Source: Verrucomicrobiota bacterium
Lineage (GTDB): Bacteria; Verrucomicrobiota; Verrucomicrobiia; Limisphaerales; CANJXF01
Assembly: GCA_038214755.1 (NCBI GenBank)
Contig: JBBQRQ010000026.1
Location: 1 to 53,007 of the forward strand
DNA: 53,007 nucleotides
Reading direction: 5' to 3'
In this document: positions 19,510-29,149 of the stretch, in pieces
How the letters are laid out: every line of letters starts with the position of its first letter
Position numbering within the stretch: position 1 is the stretch's first letter
Position numbers and translations under genes: made by a program
Notes under the pieces: generated by a model
Seen by the model: the letters and a program-made list of their open reading frames with translations, nothing else
Told to the model about the DNA's origin: nothing
The model's database searches: none

Positions 19510-20049
19510 TTACAACTTCAAATCCGCATCCGTCACCGCGCCGAGTGACGCGGTGGTGACGTGGCTTGCGTACTTCGCCAGAACGCCGCGGGTGTAACGC
19601 GGCTTCATCGGTTTCCACGATTTTTTGCGCGCGGCCATTTCCTTTGCGGAAATTTCCAAAGTCAGTTCGCGCTTCTCCGCATCAATTAAAATTCTGTCGC
19701 CATTTTTCACCAGCGCGAGCGCGCCGCCGACGTAGGCTTCGGGCGTGATGTGGCCGACAACGAATCCGTGTGTGCCGCCGGAGAAACGTCCGTCGGTGAT
19801 GAGCGCGACTTCTTTGCCGAGTCCTTTGCCCATGATGGCGCTGGTTGGGCCGAGCATCTCTCTCATGCCGGGTCCGCCTTTCGGCCCTTCGTAACGAATC
19901 ACCACGACATCGCCCGCCTTGATTCCGCCGTCGAGAATTTCCTGCATCGCGAGTTCTTCGGAATTGAACACGCGCGCGGTGCCTTCAAAACGCATTCCTT
20001 CTTTGCCGGTGATTTTCGCCACGGAACCTTCCGGCGCGAGATTTCCGCC
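19510..20049 (-). pseudogene. ilvD: Orphan ilvD 3' third (about 180 codons, open frame, no 5' part)
   Basis: [17 protein letters not shown]...[15 protein letters not shown]...TDGRFSGG...TDADLKL*; 89-bp identity 19919-20007 with 24884-24972. Confidence 0.95.
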
Positions 20050-20287
20050 AACGTGGTTCAACTTGGGGAAAATTTTTCAAAGTCGGACTGGCGGTAAAAA
20101 TTTCTGGGAACTCAGTCGAATGATTAAATCGCAATCCGTCTCTCCGTTCAATCAAAACTCGGTTCAACCACGAATGGACACGAATCAACACGAATTCGCT
20201 TAACGCAAAGGCGCGGAGGCGCAAAGGCAACGCAGCGTGCGCACCCATCTTCCTCTGCCAAAGCAGCCGGTTCTGAGAGGCCTTTGG

Positions 20288-23200
20288 CTACGGCGTCACT
20301 GCTCGGTAGAACTGTTTCGGCTGCGCGTTGATCAGGTTGGTGATGGTGATTGAGCCTTCCACTGGAATTGTCGAAGTGGCCATCGAATTCCAATTGATGA
20401 GATTGGTTGAAACTTGAACGACGTAGTTGCTTCCGACCAAGCCACGCATGTCAAACTGGAACGCTCCGTTGAGAACGCGCGGATTTGATAAGACCGGCGC
20501 AGAACCTGCCAGGAAGCTGAAATCCCCAATCACGAATTCTGAGGCATCAGTTCCTCCGCTGTTCAGTTTGACGACCAATTGCCCAGCTTGGCCTGCGTAA
20601 TTGCTCACAGACATCGTTGCCGTCTGAAAGTTTGTTCCGGTGAAACTGTCGGCGCGGAAACTCATCAGCAAGTTGTCATTAAATGTTGCCGTCAGCCAGT
20701 CTCCCGGCCCGGACTCCGTACACAGGAATTTAAAAGTGAGATATTGAGCATCCAGTGGAATCACAAGATCAATCGCGGCAGATAGGCCATCGCCATCTGC
20801 TCCCGCACCGGATTGGGGGCTACCTGATTTATTGATTAGAGGATTTGCATTTGAGGGTTTAGTCAGGGCTACAGAGTATTGAAGCTGATTTCCAATCCAA
20901 TACAAAGGCCATGTGACTACGCCCCCGACAGTCTCCAAGCCATACCAAATAAGTTCAGGTCCATCGGTGAATACCCCCAACATCCCTTGATATAGCGGCG
21001 CGGGCGGCGGAGTCCACCGTTGAGGCTGTGGGCGCGATTCGAAATTGGGCAACAGGAATGAATAGTAAAAGCCTTGCGAAGATGCGGCGTTGACTATCGT
21101 GTTGTGGTAAAAATCATGCACTCCACTGTGGTTGAAATTGACAGGCAGACCACCGCTCGGCGCTGCCCCACTAATCGAACCGCCTGCGGCTGCTGGCGGT
21201 GCGGTGCTGGTGCCATAGTAGTTGTCCACCCATTTAACTCTGTCAGAAGGCAGATATCTGTGGAACAGCCACTGATCAACAGAAGGCGCTGCGAGCGGGG
21301 CATCGAGTATTGTGAATTGCTCCACGTTCCAGCCGCGCAAGTCAAACACTGCGTAAGCATTTACCAGACTGCCTAGACTGTGTCCAATGAACTGGAGCTT
21401 TTTGTCGTACGATGCCCCGAGAATTCCAGGCGACTTCAATTGTCTTGCTAAGGCAGAACCATGATTGCGCGTGAAGCGGGTCGAAGTTAACAGATTTAGT
21501 TTGAACGCCTCCTGCCAGTAATATCGGATGATATTGACCCGTTGCCCAGAAGCGTTCGCTGGCAATCCTGCCAAAACACACCTGTTGCTAATTTCTTGCC
21601 CCATGTCGATTACCCATTGAGGTAAAGCTGGGGATAGCACGTCCGCTGGTTGCCAGCCGTGCGTAATCACGACTGTCGGTAGACTCGGGTCAATCGTGCC
21701 ATAAACCGTGCATTGGCCCGGAAGCGGTTGAGTGGCGGGCGGCGTCAAGGGTGAAACCGTCAGCAGCGCACTCGAACTGGTGACTATTCCCGCTGCGTTG
21801 GCAACGGCAACGGCGTAGTTCCCGGCTTGGAGAGTGGAAACATTTCGTAAAACCAACTGCGGCGACGTTTCACCGTAAATTGGCCTGCCCTCGCGTTTCC
21901 ACTGATAGCCGAACGGACCTGTGCCGCCGACCGTTACGCTAAAGCTCACGGTGTCACCTTGCGTGGCATTTCGGTTTTGAGGGTGTGCCTGAATCACCGG
22001 CAAAGTGGCGCCACTTCCCGTCACCATTACGCGCGAGGCAGAAACGCCCTTGTCGTTTGTAATGTCGCTTTGGCCCGCCCGATTGTCGGCGTCGGCAAAG
22101 ATGCCCACGTAATATAATCCCTGCGACGTTGTGCTAGGAATCGTGATAGTGCCTGAAAAATCGTAGTAGTTGCCCCAAGGGATTGCGGGACTCGAAACGT
22201 CCAGCGGAGACAGCGGCGGGTCGGCAAGCGTCAGATTCGTGTCGAGCGACAATCGCAGGCGAGCAAGCGTGGCGACGCAGTTTGCCGTGCCACGGTTTCG
22301 GATTCGGAAATTGACCGCAAACGAAGCGCCAGCAGGAACAGACGACGGGCTGAAGGTCACATTTTCAACAATCAAATCCGCCTGATTCAACGGCAGCGTT
22401 TGGAACGTCATGTCGTTGCCATAACTCGTGCCCTGCGAGTTCTGGGCGACGATGCGATAGTGGAAAAGCGTGTTCGGCGCAAGACTTCCCAAGTCAAAGC
22501 CAATGTTTTGCGGCGTTGTGCCGAAGTTTCCGGAGAGTGTAGTGCTTCCATACCCAACCGTTGTGCCATATTGGAAATTTGCGGTTGTGCTGTAGCCGTG
22601 CGGATTAAGACTCCCATTCAAGCGTGCGGAATTGACGCCAACTGAACTGGCAGCCAGACTCATCACTGTCGGCACGGCTGCACCGTAAACTGCCGTGATG
22701 GTATGGTTCGCATCCATTGTGACGCTTGCAGTCGTGGAGGTTGTTAAGTCAGCGCCATTCTTCTGCCATTTTTGGAAGACGTTTCCACTCGCTGTAGAGG
22801 GAGCATTGAACGAAACCGTTGCATTGTCATTGAATGTGCGGGTGAACGTGGTTGTGCCGCCAAAGTTGTTGTGATTGTCCGGTTGATTGGCCGTGATGTT
22901 CACACCGCTATTGGGGTTTGATGACGCAACGGTTAGCGTTCGTGTCACGGGCGGCGCAGGCACATACACGGCTGTAAGCGTGTAACCCGCGTTCATGGAA
23001 AAGTTGACGGTTGTGCTAAAGCTGAAATCAGAACCATTGCGCTGCCATTTCTGAAAATTGTTTCCGCCAGCAGTGAGAGGAGCAATCAAGGTAATTGACG
23101 TGCCAGAATTGAAGGTGCGACTAAACGAGGTTGTCCCGTCAGCCCGCCCCAACGTGTCGTTCGGACCAACATATACATAAACTCCACTGTTCGGGTTCGA

Positions 23201-24094
23201 GGACTGGATGTTCAAGGTGTAAACCGTAGGCGGAGAGGTATACACCGCAGTAATCGTGTGGTTCGCATCCATCGTAACGGACGCGGTCGTGGAAGTCGTC
23301 AGGTCAACGCCATTCTTTTGCCATTTCTGGAAGTTGTTTCCACCGGCAGTTGCGGGCGCATTGAAAGACACGGTTGCGTTTATATTGAACGTCCGGGAGA
23401 AGGTCGTTGTGCCTCCGAAGTTATTATTGTTATCGGGCTGATTCCCGGAAATGCTGACGCCACTATTCGGATTTGACGAGCTCACCGTTAACGTGCGCGT
23501 AACTGGCGGAGGTGCGGCATACACGGCCGTCAACGTGTAGGCAGCAGACATGGAAAAATTGACGGTTGTGCTGAAACTGAAATCCGATCCATTGCGTTGC
23601 CATTTTTGGAAATTGTTTCCTCCCGCTGTTAAAGGCGCGATTAACGTGATGGATGTTCCCAAATCGAAAATCCGGCTGAATGCAGTTGTGCCATCCGCGC
23701 GGCCTAAAATGTCGTTGGGACCTACATAAATATAGGCACCGCTGCTTGGATTGGAGGAAGCTAAGTTGAGGGTCAGTATTTGTTTCAATCCATTCTCGGT
23801 GACCCAGCCATCAACGCCAGTATCGAAATTGATATTGAACCAAGTGTAGGAAGTTCCATTTAGCGACGCCACAGTCGGGCCTCCAATCACTGTTCCCTGG
23901 CTGCCCGTGCTCTGGTTTCCTAAAATCGTTGGTGAAGCTGCAGCTTGCCGCACATTTACTTGGCCAGTTGAACTGCTTGCGCGGATTCGGTCGCCAACAC
24001 TTATCGCCAATGTCTCCGATTGGCCGAACCAAATTGCCAGACAACAAAAAAAGATGCTGGAATATTTACTTACTGCTGCTTGGTTTGTTTTCAT
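20288..24094 (-). CDS. Large secreted protein: SH3-like, 4 bacterial-repeat domains, FN3, CARDB, Ig, alpha/beta hydrolase, C-terminal FYR domain
   Basis: Signal peptide; FQKWQ-NG repeats in A-B-A-B order; VITHGW, GHSLG nucleophile elbow, LDAP, NHSGVH. Confidence 0.8.
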   Translation of the reverse strand: MKTNQAAVSKYSSIFFCCLAIWFGQSETLAISVGDRIRASSSTGQVNVRQAAASPTILGNQSTGSQGTVIGGPTVASLNGTSYTWFNINFDTGVDGWVTENGLKQILTLNLASSNPSSGAYIYVGPNDILGRADGTTAFSRIFDLGTSITLIAPLTAGGNNFQKWQRNGSDFSFSTTVNFSMSAAYTLTAVYAAPPPVTRTLTVSSSNPNSGVSISGNQPDNNNNFGGTTTFSRTFNINATVSFNAPATAGGNNFQKWQKNGVDLTTSTTASVTMDANHTITAVYTSPPTVYTLNIQSSNPNSGVYVYVGPNDTLGRADGTTSFSRTFNSGTSITLIAPLTAGGNNFQKWQRNGSDFSFSTTVNFSMNAGYTLTAVYVPAPPVTRTLTVASSNPNSGVNITANQPDNHNNFGGTTTFTRTFNDNATVSFNAPSTASGNVFQKWQKNGADLTTSTTASVTMDANHTITAVYGAAVPTVMSLAASSVGVNSARLNGSLNPHGYSTTANFQYGTTVGYGSTTLSGNFGTTPQNIGFDLGSLAPNTLFHYRIVAQNSQGTSYGNDMTFQTLPLNQADLIVENVTFSPSSVPAGASFAVNFRIRNRGTANCVATLARLRLSLDTNLTLADPPLSPLDVSSPAIPWGNYYDFSGTITIPSTTSQGLYYVGIFADADNRAGQSDITNDKGVSASRVMVTGSGATLPVIQAHPQNRNATQGDTVSFSVTVGGTGPFGYQWKREGRPIYGETSPQLVLRNVSTLQAGNYAVAVANAAGIVTSSSALLTVSPLTPPATQPLPGQCTVYGTIDPSLPTVVITHGWQPADVLSPALPQWVIDMGQEISNRCVLAGLPANASGQRVNIIRYYWQEAFKLNLLTSTRFTRNHGSALARQLKSPGILGASYDKKLQFIGHSLGSLVNAYAVFDLRGWNVEQFTILDAPLAAPSVDQWLFHRYLPSDRVKWVDNYYGTSTAPPAAAGGSISGAAPSGGLPVNFNHSGVHDFYHNTIVNAASSQGFYYSFLLPNFESRPQPQRWTPPPAPLYQGMLGVFTDGPELIWYGLETVGGVVTWPLYWIGNQLQYSVALTKPSNANPLINKSGSPQSGAGADGDGLSAAIDLVIPLDAQYLTFKFLCTESGPGDWLTATFNDNLLMSFRADSFTGTNFQTATMSVSNYAGQAGQLVVKLNSGGTDASEFVIGDFSFLAGSAPVLSNPRVLNGAFQFDMRGLVGSNYVVQVSTNLINWNSMATSTIPVEGSITITNLINAQPKQFYRAVTP

Positions 24095-24176
24095 GGGGGT
24101 TCTTTTTCGGTGTTTCCAAGTGACCGCTTGCAACTATGCAAATCGCGGCGAAACCGTCAAGGTTTTTTACATGATA

Positions 24177-24194
24177 TTTCCCATATGTGGGAAA
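24177..24194. promoter_or_regulatory. Palindromic operator candidate
   Basis: TTTCCCA-TATG-TGGGAAA between the divergent hydrolase and XRE genes. Confidence 0.55.
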
Positions 24195-24216
24195 GGCGGC
24201 AGGACACACTGCCGTC

Positions 24217-24426
24217 ATGGCAGCGTCCATGCAAAAGCAACTTGGTCAATACCTGCGAAAACGGCGCGGGGAGATGACTTTGCCTGCTTTTGCTCGCAAG
24301 ATTGGGATTTCATCCTCCTCGTTGCATCGGATGGAAATGGGCGATCAAAATGTTACGCTTACAACTCTGGAGCGCCTTTTGAAACGGCTCAAATGCAGTG
24401 CGGCTGACGTTTTTAATGTGAAGTAA
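24217..24426 (+). CDS. XRE-family HTH regulator
   Basis: LRKRRGEMT...FARKIGISSSSLHRMEMGDQNVTLTTL. Confidence 0.88.
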   Translation: MAASMQKQLGQYLRKRRGEMTLPAFARKIGISSSSLHRMEMGDQNVTLTTLERLLKRLKCSAADVFNVK

Positions 24427-24474
24427 ACGCGGAATTGCGGTCTGCGGATTCGGCGAGAAACGCCCGCGCTTGCT

Positions 24475-26175
24475 CTACAACTTCAAATCCGCATCTGTCA
24501 CAGCCCCAAATGAAGCGCTCGTGACGTGGGCGGCGTATTTCGCCAGGACACCGCGGGTGTAACGGGGCGGCAACGGTTTCCACGATTTTTTTCGCGACGC
24601 CATTTCCTTCGCGGAAATTTCCAAAGTCAATTCGCGCTTCTCGGCGTCGATGATGATTTTGTCGCCGTCTTTGACGAGTGCGAGCGGGCCGCCGAGATAC
24701 GCCTCAGGCGTGATGTGGCCGACGACGAATCCGTGCGTGCCGCCGGAGAAACGTCCGTCGGTGATGAGCGCGACTTCTTTGCCCAGACCTTTGCCCATGA
24801 TGGCGCTGGTCGGGCCGAGCATTTCGCGCATACCGGGTCCGCCTTTCGGCCCTTCGTAACGAATCACCACGACGTCGCGCGCTTTGATTCCGCCGTCGAG
24901 AATTTCCTGCATCGCGAGTTCTTCGGAATTGAACACGCGCGCGGTGCCTTCAAAACGCATTCCTTCTTTGCCAGAAATTTTTCCAACCGCGCCGCCGCTG
25001 GCGAGGTTGCCGTAGAAGATGACCAGATGGCTGTCCTTCTTGATCGGATTGTCGAGCGGACGAATGATCGTTTGCTTCGCGGGATATGGCGCAACGTTCT
25101 TCAAAGTTTCCACCATCGTTTCGCCGGTGACGGTGAGGCAATCGCCGTGGAGCAATCCGGCGTCGAGCAACATTTTCATGAGCGGACGAATGCCGCCAAT
25201 CGCGACGAGTTCGGACATGAGATGTTTTCCGCTCGGCTTCAAATCGGCGAGAACGGGGACGCGTTTTCCAATCTTCGTGAAATCATCAATCGTGAGTTTC
25301 ACGCCAGCGGAATGGGCAATCGCGAGCAAATGCAAAACGGCATTGGTCGAACCGCCGAGCGCGATGACGACGGTGATGGAGTTTTCAAATGCTTTGCGCG
25401 TCATGATGTCGAGCGGGCGAATTCCCTTTTGCAAAAGATTCACGACGGCGGCTCCGGCACGTTGGCAATCTTCCTTCTTGGCTTTGGACATGGCGGTTTG
25501 CGCGGAGCTGTTCGGCAGACTCATGCCGAGCGCTTCAATCGCGCTGGCCATTGTGTTCGCGGTGTACATTCCGCCGCACGAACCGGGGCCGGGAATCGCG
25601 CAGGATTCCACATCGAAAAGTTGTTTGTCGCTGATCTTGCCCGCTGCGTGTTGGCCGACCGCTTCGAAAACAGAAACGACGTCGAGTTTGCGCGGATCGC
25701 CGGTGATACAGCCGGGAAGAATCGTTCCGCCATAAACAAACACTGCGGCGCGATTCAATCGAGCAATCGCCATCATCGCGCCCGGCATATTTTTGTCGCA
25801 ACCACCAATTGCGACGAAGCCGTCCATCCCTTGGCAGCCGACCACGGTTTCAATGGAGTCCGCAATCACTTCGCGCGAGACGAGGGAGTATTTCATTCCT
25901 TCGCTGCCCATCGAGATGCCATCGGAAATCGTGATCGTGTTGAAAATAATCGCTTTGCCACCGGCTTTGTTGGCGCCCGCTTCAGCTTCAAGCGCGAGTT
26001 TGTCGATGTGCATGTTGCACGGCGTGACCATGCTCCAAGTTGACGCGATGCCGATGATCGGTTTTTTGAAATCTTCTGTTTTAAAACCGACGGCATACAA
26101 CATGGCGCGGCTCGGCGCGCGTTCCGCGCCGTCCACGACAATGCTGGAATAAGGACGCAAAGAATTCTTTTTCAT
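24475..26175 (-). CDS. ilvD: Dihydroxy-acid dehydratase
   Basis: [43 protein letters not shown]. Confidence 0.97.
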   Translation of the reverse strand: MKKNSLRPYSSIVVDGAERAPSRAMLYAVGFKTEDFKKPIIGIASTWSMVTPCNMHIDKLALEAEAGANKAGGKAIIFNTITISDGISMGSEGMKYSLVSREVIADSIETVVGCQGMDGFVAIGGCDKNMPGAMMAIARLNRAAVFVYGGTILPGCITGDPRKLDVVSVFEAVGQHAAGKISDKQLFDVESCAIPGPGSCGGMYTANTMASAIEALGMSLPNSSAQTAMSKAKKEDCQRAGAAVVNLLQKGIRPLDIMTRKAFENSITVVIALGGSTNAVLHLLAIAHSAGVKLTIDDFTKIGKRVPVLADLKPSGKHLMSELVAIGGIRPLMKMLLDAGLLHGDCLTVTGETMVETLKNVAPYPAKQTIIRPLDNPIKKDSHLVIFYGNLASGGAVGKISGKEGMRFEGTARVFNSEELAMQEILDGGIKARDVVVIRYEGPKGGPGMREMLGPTSAIMGKGLGKEVALITDGRFSGGTHGFVVGHITPEAYLGGPLALVKDGDKIIIDAEKRELTLEISAKEMASRKKSWKPLPPRYTRGVLAKYAAHVTSASFGAVTDADLKL

Positions 26176-26233
26176 TGGCGCGGAGTCTTGCCGAAAGGCG
26201 GCGACGGAGCAAGGCGGGAGAATGAAAAGGGGA

Positions 26234-26338
26234 TTACTGGTTGACGAAGATTTGAATGGCCTCGCAATGGATGGACGCGCCGCGTTCCAGCGCTGTCCAA
26301 ACGCCGCCGGAAGTTGAACAATGTGCGCCGAATCTCAT
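26234..26338 (-). pseudogene. nfo: Orphan endonuclease IV 5' fragment B
   Basis: [34 protein letters not shown] matches the Nfo N-terminus GAHxSxxGG...QIF. Confidence 0.75.
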
Positions 26339-26344
26339 GACCGG

Positions 26345-26761
26345 TTAGAGTGGAAAACGTGCCACGCCCATAAGACTTTCGCGGACACGCATGCGTTCAG
26401 GAGCGTTGATTTTAAGCAACGAAACCGTGGCGCGCCCATTCGCGGATATCGGAATAATGCGCGGGCCCTCCAATTGGAAATGTTCGAGCCAACGGTCAGC
26501 GCGAGGATTGAAAAGCGAAACGATGCGGGCGGTATGCGGGTCCACCGACGCGATGTTTGGCCCTTTGTGGCGATTACAGTGAAAACAAGCCAAGGCGAGA
26601 TTTTCAATTCCGCCTTGGCCGCCGTGTTGTTCAGCGATGACATGATCAGGCTCATGCGGAAGAAGTACATCCTCCTCGTGCACCCGGCAATACTCACAAC
26701 AGCCGTGCGCTCGCTCGCGCACGGCCAACCGTAGAGCAGGTGAAATTCGCCGCCCGCTCAT
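26345..26761 (-). CDS. HNH endonuclease
   Basis: RAHGCCEYC, EPDHVI...GG...NLALACFHCNRHKG, LFNPR. Confidence 0.92.
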   Translation of the reverse strand: MSGRRISPALRLAVRERAHGCCEYCRVHEEDVLLPHEPDHVIAEQHGGQGGIENLALACFHCNRHKGPNIASVDPHTARIVSLFNPRADRWLEHFQLEGPRIIPISANGRATVSLLKINAPERMRVRESLMGVARFPL

Positions 26762-27102
26762 GCGGCGCGCAGGTACTGGCGGGCTTCGGCTTTAATGAGC
26801 GAAACGAAATGATCGAGGTAGGCGATTTCATCGAGTTCAGCTTCATCGGCGGAATTCCCTGTGCCTTCCTTCACGCGGACGAGCAGTTCCCGAGAGTGTT
26901 CTAAAAATTCGGCCGAAGGTCTGAAAGTCAGTATCTCGGTGGGGTGAGGTCCTCTGGCGAGAAAAGAAATAATTTCGCGCGCCAGACCAGCCGTTTCAGA
27001 CCACTGCTGGCGCAGTCCAAGTTCGATTATTTCGACGAGACGTTCGCGTTCGGCTTCCACACGCGCTGCAAGGTGATCGGGAATCTCGATGGTCAATTGC
27101 AT
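26758..27102 (-). CDS. Hypothetical protein coupled to the HNH gene (antitoxin-like)
   Basis: MQLTIEIPD N-terminal strand; 4-bp overlap with HNH start. Confidence 0.8.
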   Translation of the reverse strand: MQLTIEIPDHLAARVEAERERLVEIIELGLRQQWSETAGLAREIISFLARGPHPTEILTFRPSAEFLEHSRELLVRVKEGTGNSADEAELDEIAYLDHFVSLIKAEARQYLRAA

Positions 27103-27178
27103 GTGGCGAGGTTATTGCACCGACTCGCGATCGTCAAACCAGCACATTGTTATCTAGCCACAACCGGGTGTGGTTCCG

Positions 27179-27251
27179 GCAGATGGACGCACCGCGTTGC
27201 AACGCCCGCCAAACGCTGCCGGGAAGTTGAACAATGCGCGCCGAGTTTCAT
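27179..27251 (-). pseudogene. nfo: Orphan endonuclease IV 5' fragment A (+1 frameshift)
   Basis: MKLGAHCSTS / extra C / GSVWRALQRGASIC; direct repeat of fragment B. Confidence 0.7.
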
Positions 27252-27259
27252 TAGATAAA

Positions 27260-27769
27260 TTAGGTTGGTTTCCATTTCCAACCACAACTTGGACATTCCT
27301 GTTGGTTGGAATGGATAACTGTTTTACAGGTGAAACATTGAAATTCATCTTCCTTCAATTCTACTGTTTTCGTCATTTCAGCGTACAGTAATTTAAAATA
27401 ATCTTTCACTCTAGCTGTTGTCTCAGCATCCATTTGTTCAAGGGTCTTTTGCGCCTCCTCCATAACGTCCCGCCAAATCGGACTGGTTAGCCATGTTCGA
27501 ACAGTTCCTCGACTCTCTGGAAGCTTAGCTACTCGCTCATCGTAAAATCGATGAAACTGTGAAAGTGCGTCTAGTTCATCTTCCGTAAAGGCGGCACGCC
27601 AAATTTTATCTGTGGGATGGTAAGAGTCGTTAAACCACATACAAATCAACTCTGCTGTTATATCCACGCGGGGCACATTCTTCTCGTAGCTTAATTGCTC
27701 TTTTTCTGAGGCAAAAAGCTCCAGCAACTCGACGATGTTTTTTCTGCATTGTGCAGAATCTTGAGCCAT
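27260..27769 (-). CDS. Hypothetical protein with C-terminal CxxC-CxxC zinc ribbon
   Basis: CFTC...CPSCGW; visibly more AT-rich than the flanking genes. Confidence 0.6.
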   Translation of the reverse strand: MAQDSAQCRKNIVELLELFASEKEQLSYEKNVPRVDITAELICMWFNDSYHPTDKIWRAAFTEDELDALSQFHRFYDERVAKLPESRGTVRTWLTSPIWRDVMEEAQKTLEQMDAETTARVKDYFKLLYAEMTKTVELKEDEFQCFTCKTVIHSNQQECPSCGWKWKPT

Positions 27770-27794
27770 TCGAAGCTTAGGAATGGCGTCCAAA

Positions 27795-29003
27795 CTAAAG
27801 TTTCTCCGGCGCTTGCAACAATGCCGCGATGCGCGCCAACAATCTTCCTGCGCCGCCGCCGTCGAGGACGCGATGATCGAAACTCAAAGTCAAATTGCAC
27901 TCCATCACGGGAACAAATTGTTGTTTGGCTTCGCTCCAACTGGGAACACGTTTGCCCGCGCCCATTCCTAAAACCAACGTTTGTTCGGGAAGTGGAATCG
28001 GTGTCGCCCAGGTCAGGCCGAACGTTCCGAAGTTTGTGACAGTCGCAATCGAGCCTCCCGTGGCGTCGGTCGGAAGTTTTCGTTGCCGCGCAAATTCCAC
28101 CAACTCGTTGTAGCGAGTGACTAATTCATTCAACGGTTTTTGGTCCGCGCCGCGCAAAACGGGAACCAGAACTCCATCCTCTGCTTCGACGGCGAATCCA
28201 ATATCAATCGCGGGCGGATGAACAATTTTACTTCCGACCAATCGTCCGGCGGGCGCGCTGTTTTCGCCGAGGGCAATGGCCAGCGCGCGCAGGGCGTAGA
28301 GCGCTGGACCGGATTTTACCTCTGAAGATTTGCGATGCGCGAGCAACGCATCCAAACCAACAGGCAACGCGACGGTCGCGAGCGGTCGGGTCCAACTGCG
28401 TCGCATCGCATCAGCGACGGCAATGCGCATGGACGACGCGGCGGTGAGTTTTTGTTTTTCCAGGTTGGAAAGAAACTTTTCAAAATCTTCAATCGTGACT
28501 CGCCCGGCCTGGCCGCTCCCAGCGACGCCCGCCAAATCCGCCGCATGCAATCCGAGTTCGTTCATGCGCGCTTTCATGCGCGGCGACATGTAACTCGCTC
28601 CGCCGACGCTCGCCGGAACAGGAAGTCCGCGCACCGTGGGTTCGACGCGATATTGTTTCGCAGCGACTTTGCTGCTGGCTAAATTTTCATTGGCGGTTTC
28701 CGATTTTTCTGAAGTTTCCGTTTCTCCAGAACCGTCTAACCCGAGCCGCGCGACGTCTTCTTTACTCACCTCGATTTGGCCGAGCACCGCGCCAACGGGA
28801 TAACTTTCGTTGAGTTTCGCGCTGAGCAGTTTCACCACGCCGGGACAAGGCGCAGCCACGTTCATCGTCGCCTTGTTCGTCTCGACTTCGATGACGTCCT
28901 GGTCCGCCGCGACTTTGTCGCCGACCTTGACTAAAAAATTTATGATCGTGGCCTCGGCAATCGATTCGCCGAGCTGCGGCATGATGATGGGAATTTGCGG
29001 CAT
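27795..29003 (-). CDS. 2-oxoacid dehydrogenase E2 (dihydrolipoamide acyltransferase)
   Basis: MPQLGESIAE, lipoyl-site-like EVETNKA, GSGQAGRVT E3-binding motif, FDHRVLDG. Confidence 0.92.
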   Translation of the reverse strand: MPQIPIIMPQLGESIAEATIINFLVKVGDKVAADQDVIEVETNKATMNVAAPCPGVVKLLSAKLNESYPVGAVLGQIEVSKEDVARLGLDGSGETETSEKSETANENLASSKVAAKQYRVEPTVRGLPVPASVGGASYMSPRMKARMNELGLHAADLAGVAGSGQAGRVTIEDFEKFLSNLEKQKLTAASSMRIAVADAMRRSWTRPLATVALPVGLDALLAHRKSSEVKSGPALYALRALAIALGENSAPAGRLVGSKIVHPPAIDIGFAVEAEDGVLVPVLRGADQKPLNELVTRYNELVEFARQRKLPTDATGGSIATVTNFGTFGLTWATPIPLPEQTLVLGMGAGKRVPSWSEAKQQFVPVMECNLTLSFDHRVLDGGGAGRLLARIAALLQAPEKL

Positions 29004-29008
29004 ATTAA

Positions 29009-29142
29009 AAAACTCCAAACTCCAAGCTCCAACATCCAGAGAAGCTCCAAACATTAAATCCCAAACAGCCCGCACCCATTGAGACGTTGGTGCTCGGGAT
29101 TTGAGGTTTCTCTGGAGCTTGGAACTTGGAGTTTGGAGCTTT
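29009..29142. repeat. Inverted heptamer array (aactcca/agctcca)
   Basis: ctccaaactccaagctccaa...ccagagaa mirrored by ttctctggagcttggaacttggagtttggag. Confidence 0.8.
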
Positions 29143-29149
29143 CATTGGT

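Noticed and set aside
19510..24972. ilvD copies as a DGR template/variable pair
   Set aside because: Differences are mostly synonymous and not adenine-specific, and no RT gene is present.
24526..26043. 505-aa plus-strand ORF
   Set aside because: Antisense shadow of ilvD with no recognisable motifs. The same applies to most short overlapping ORFs in the track.
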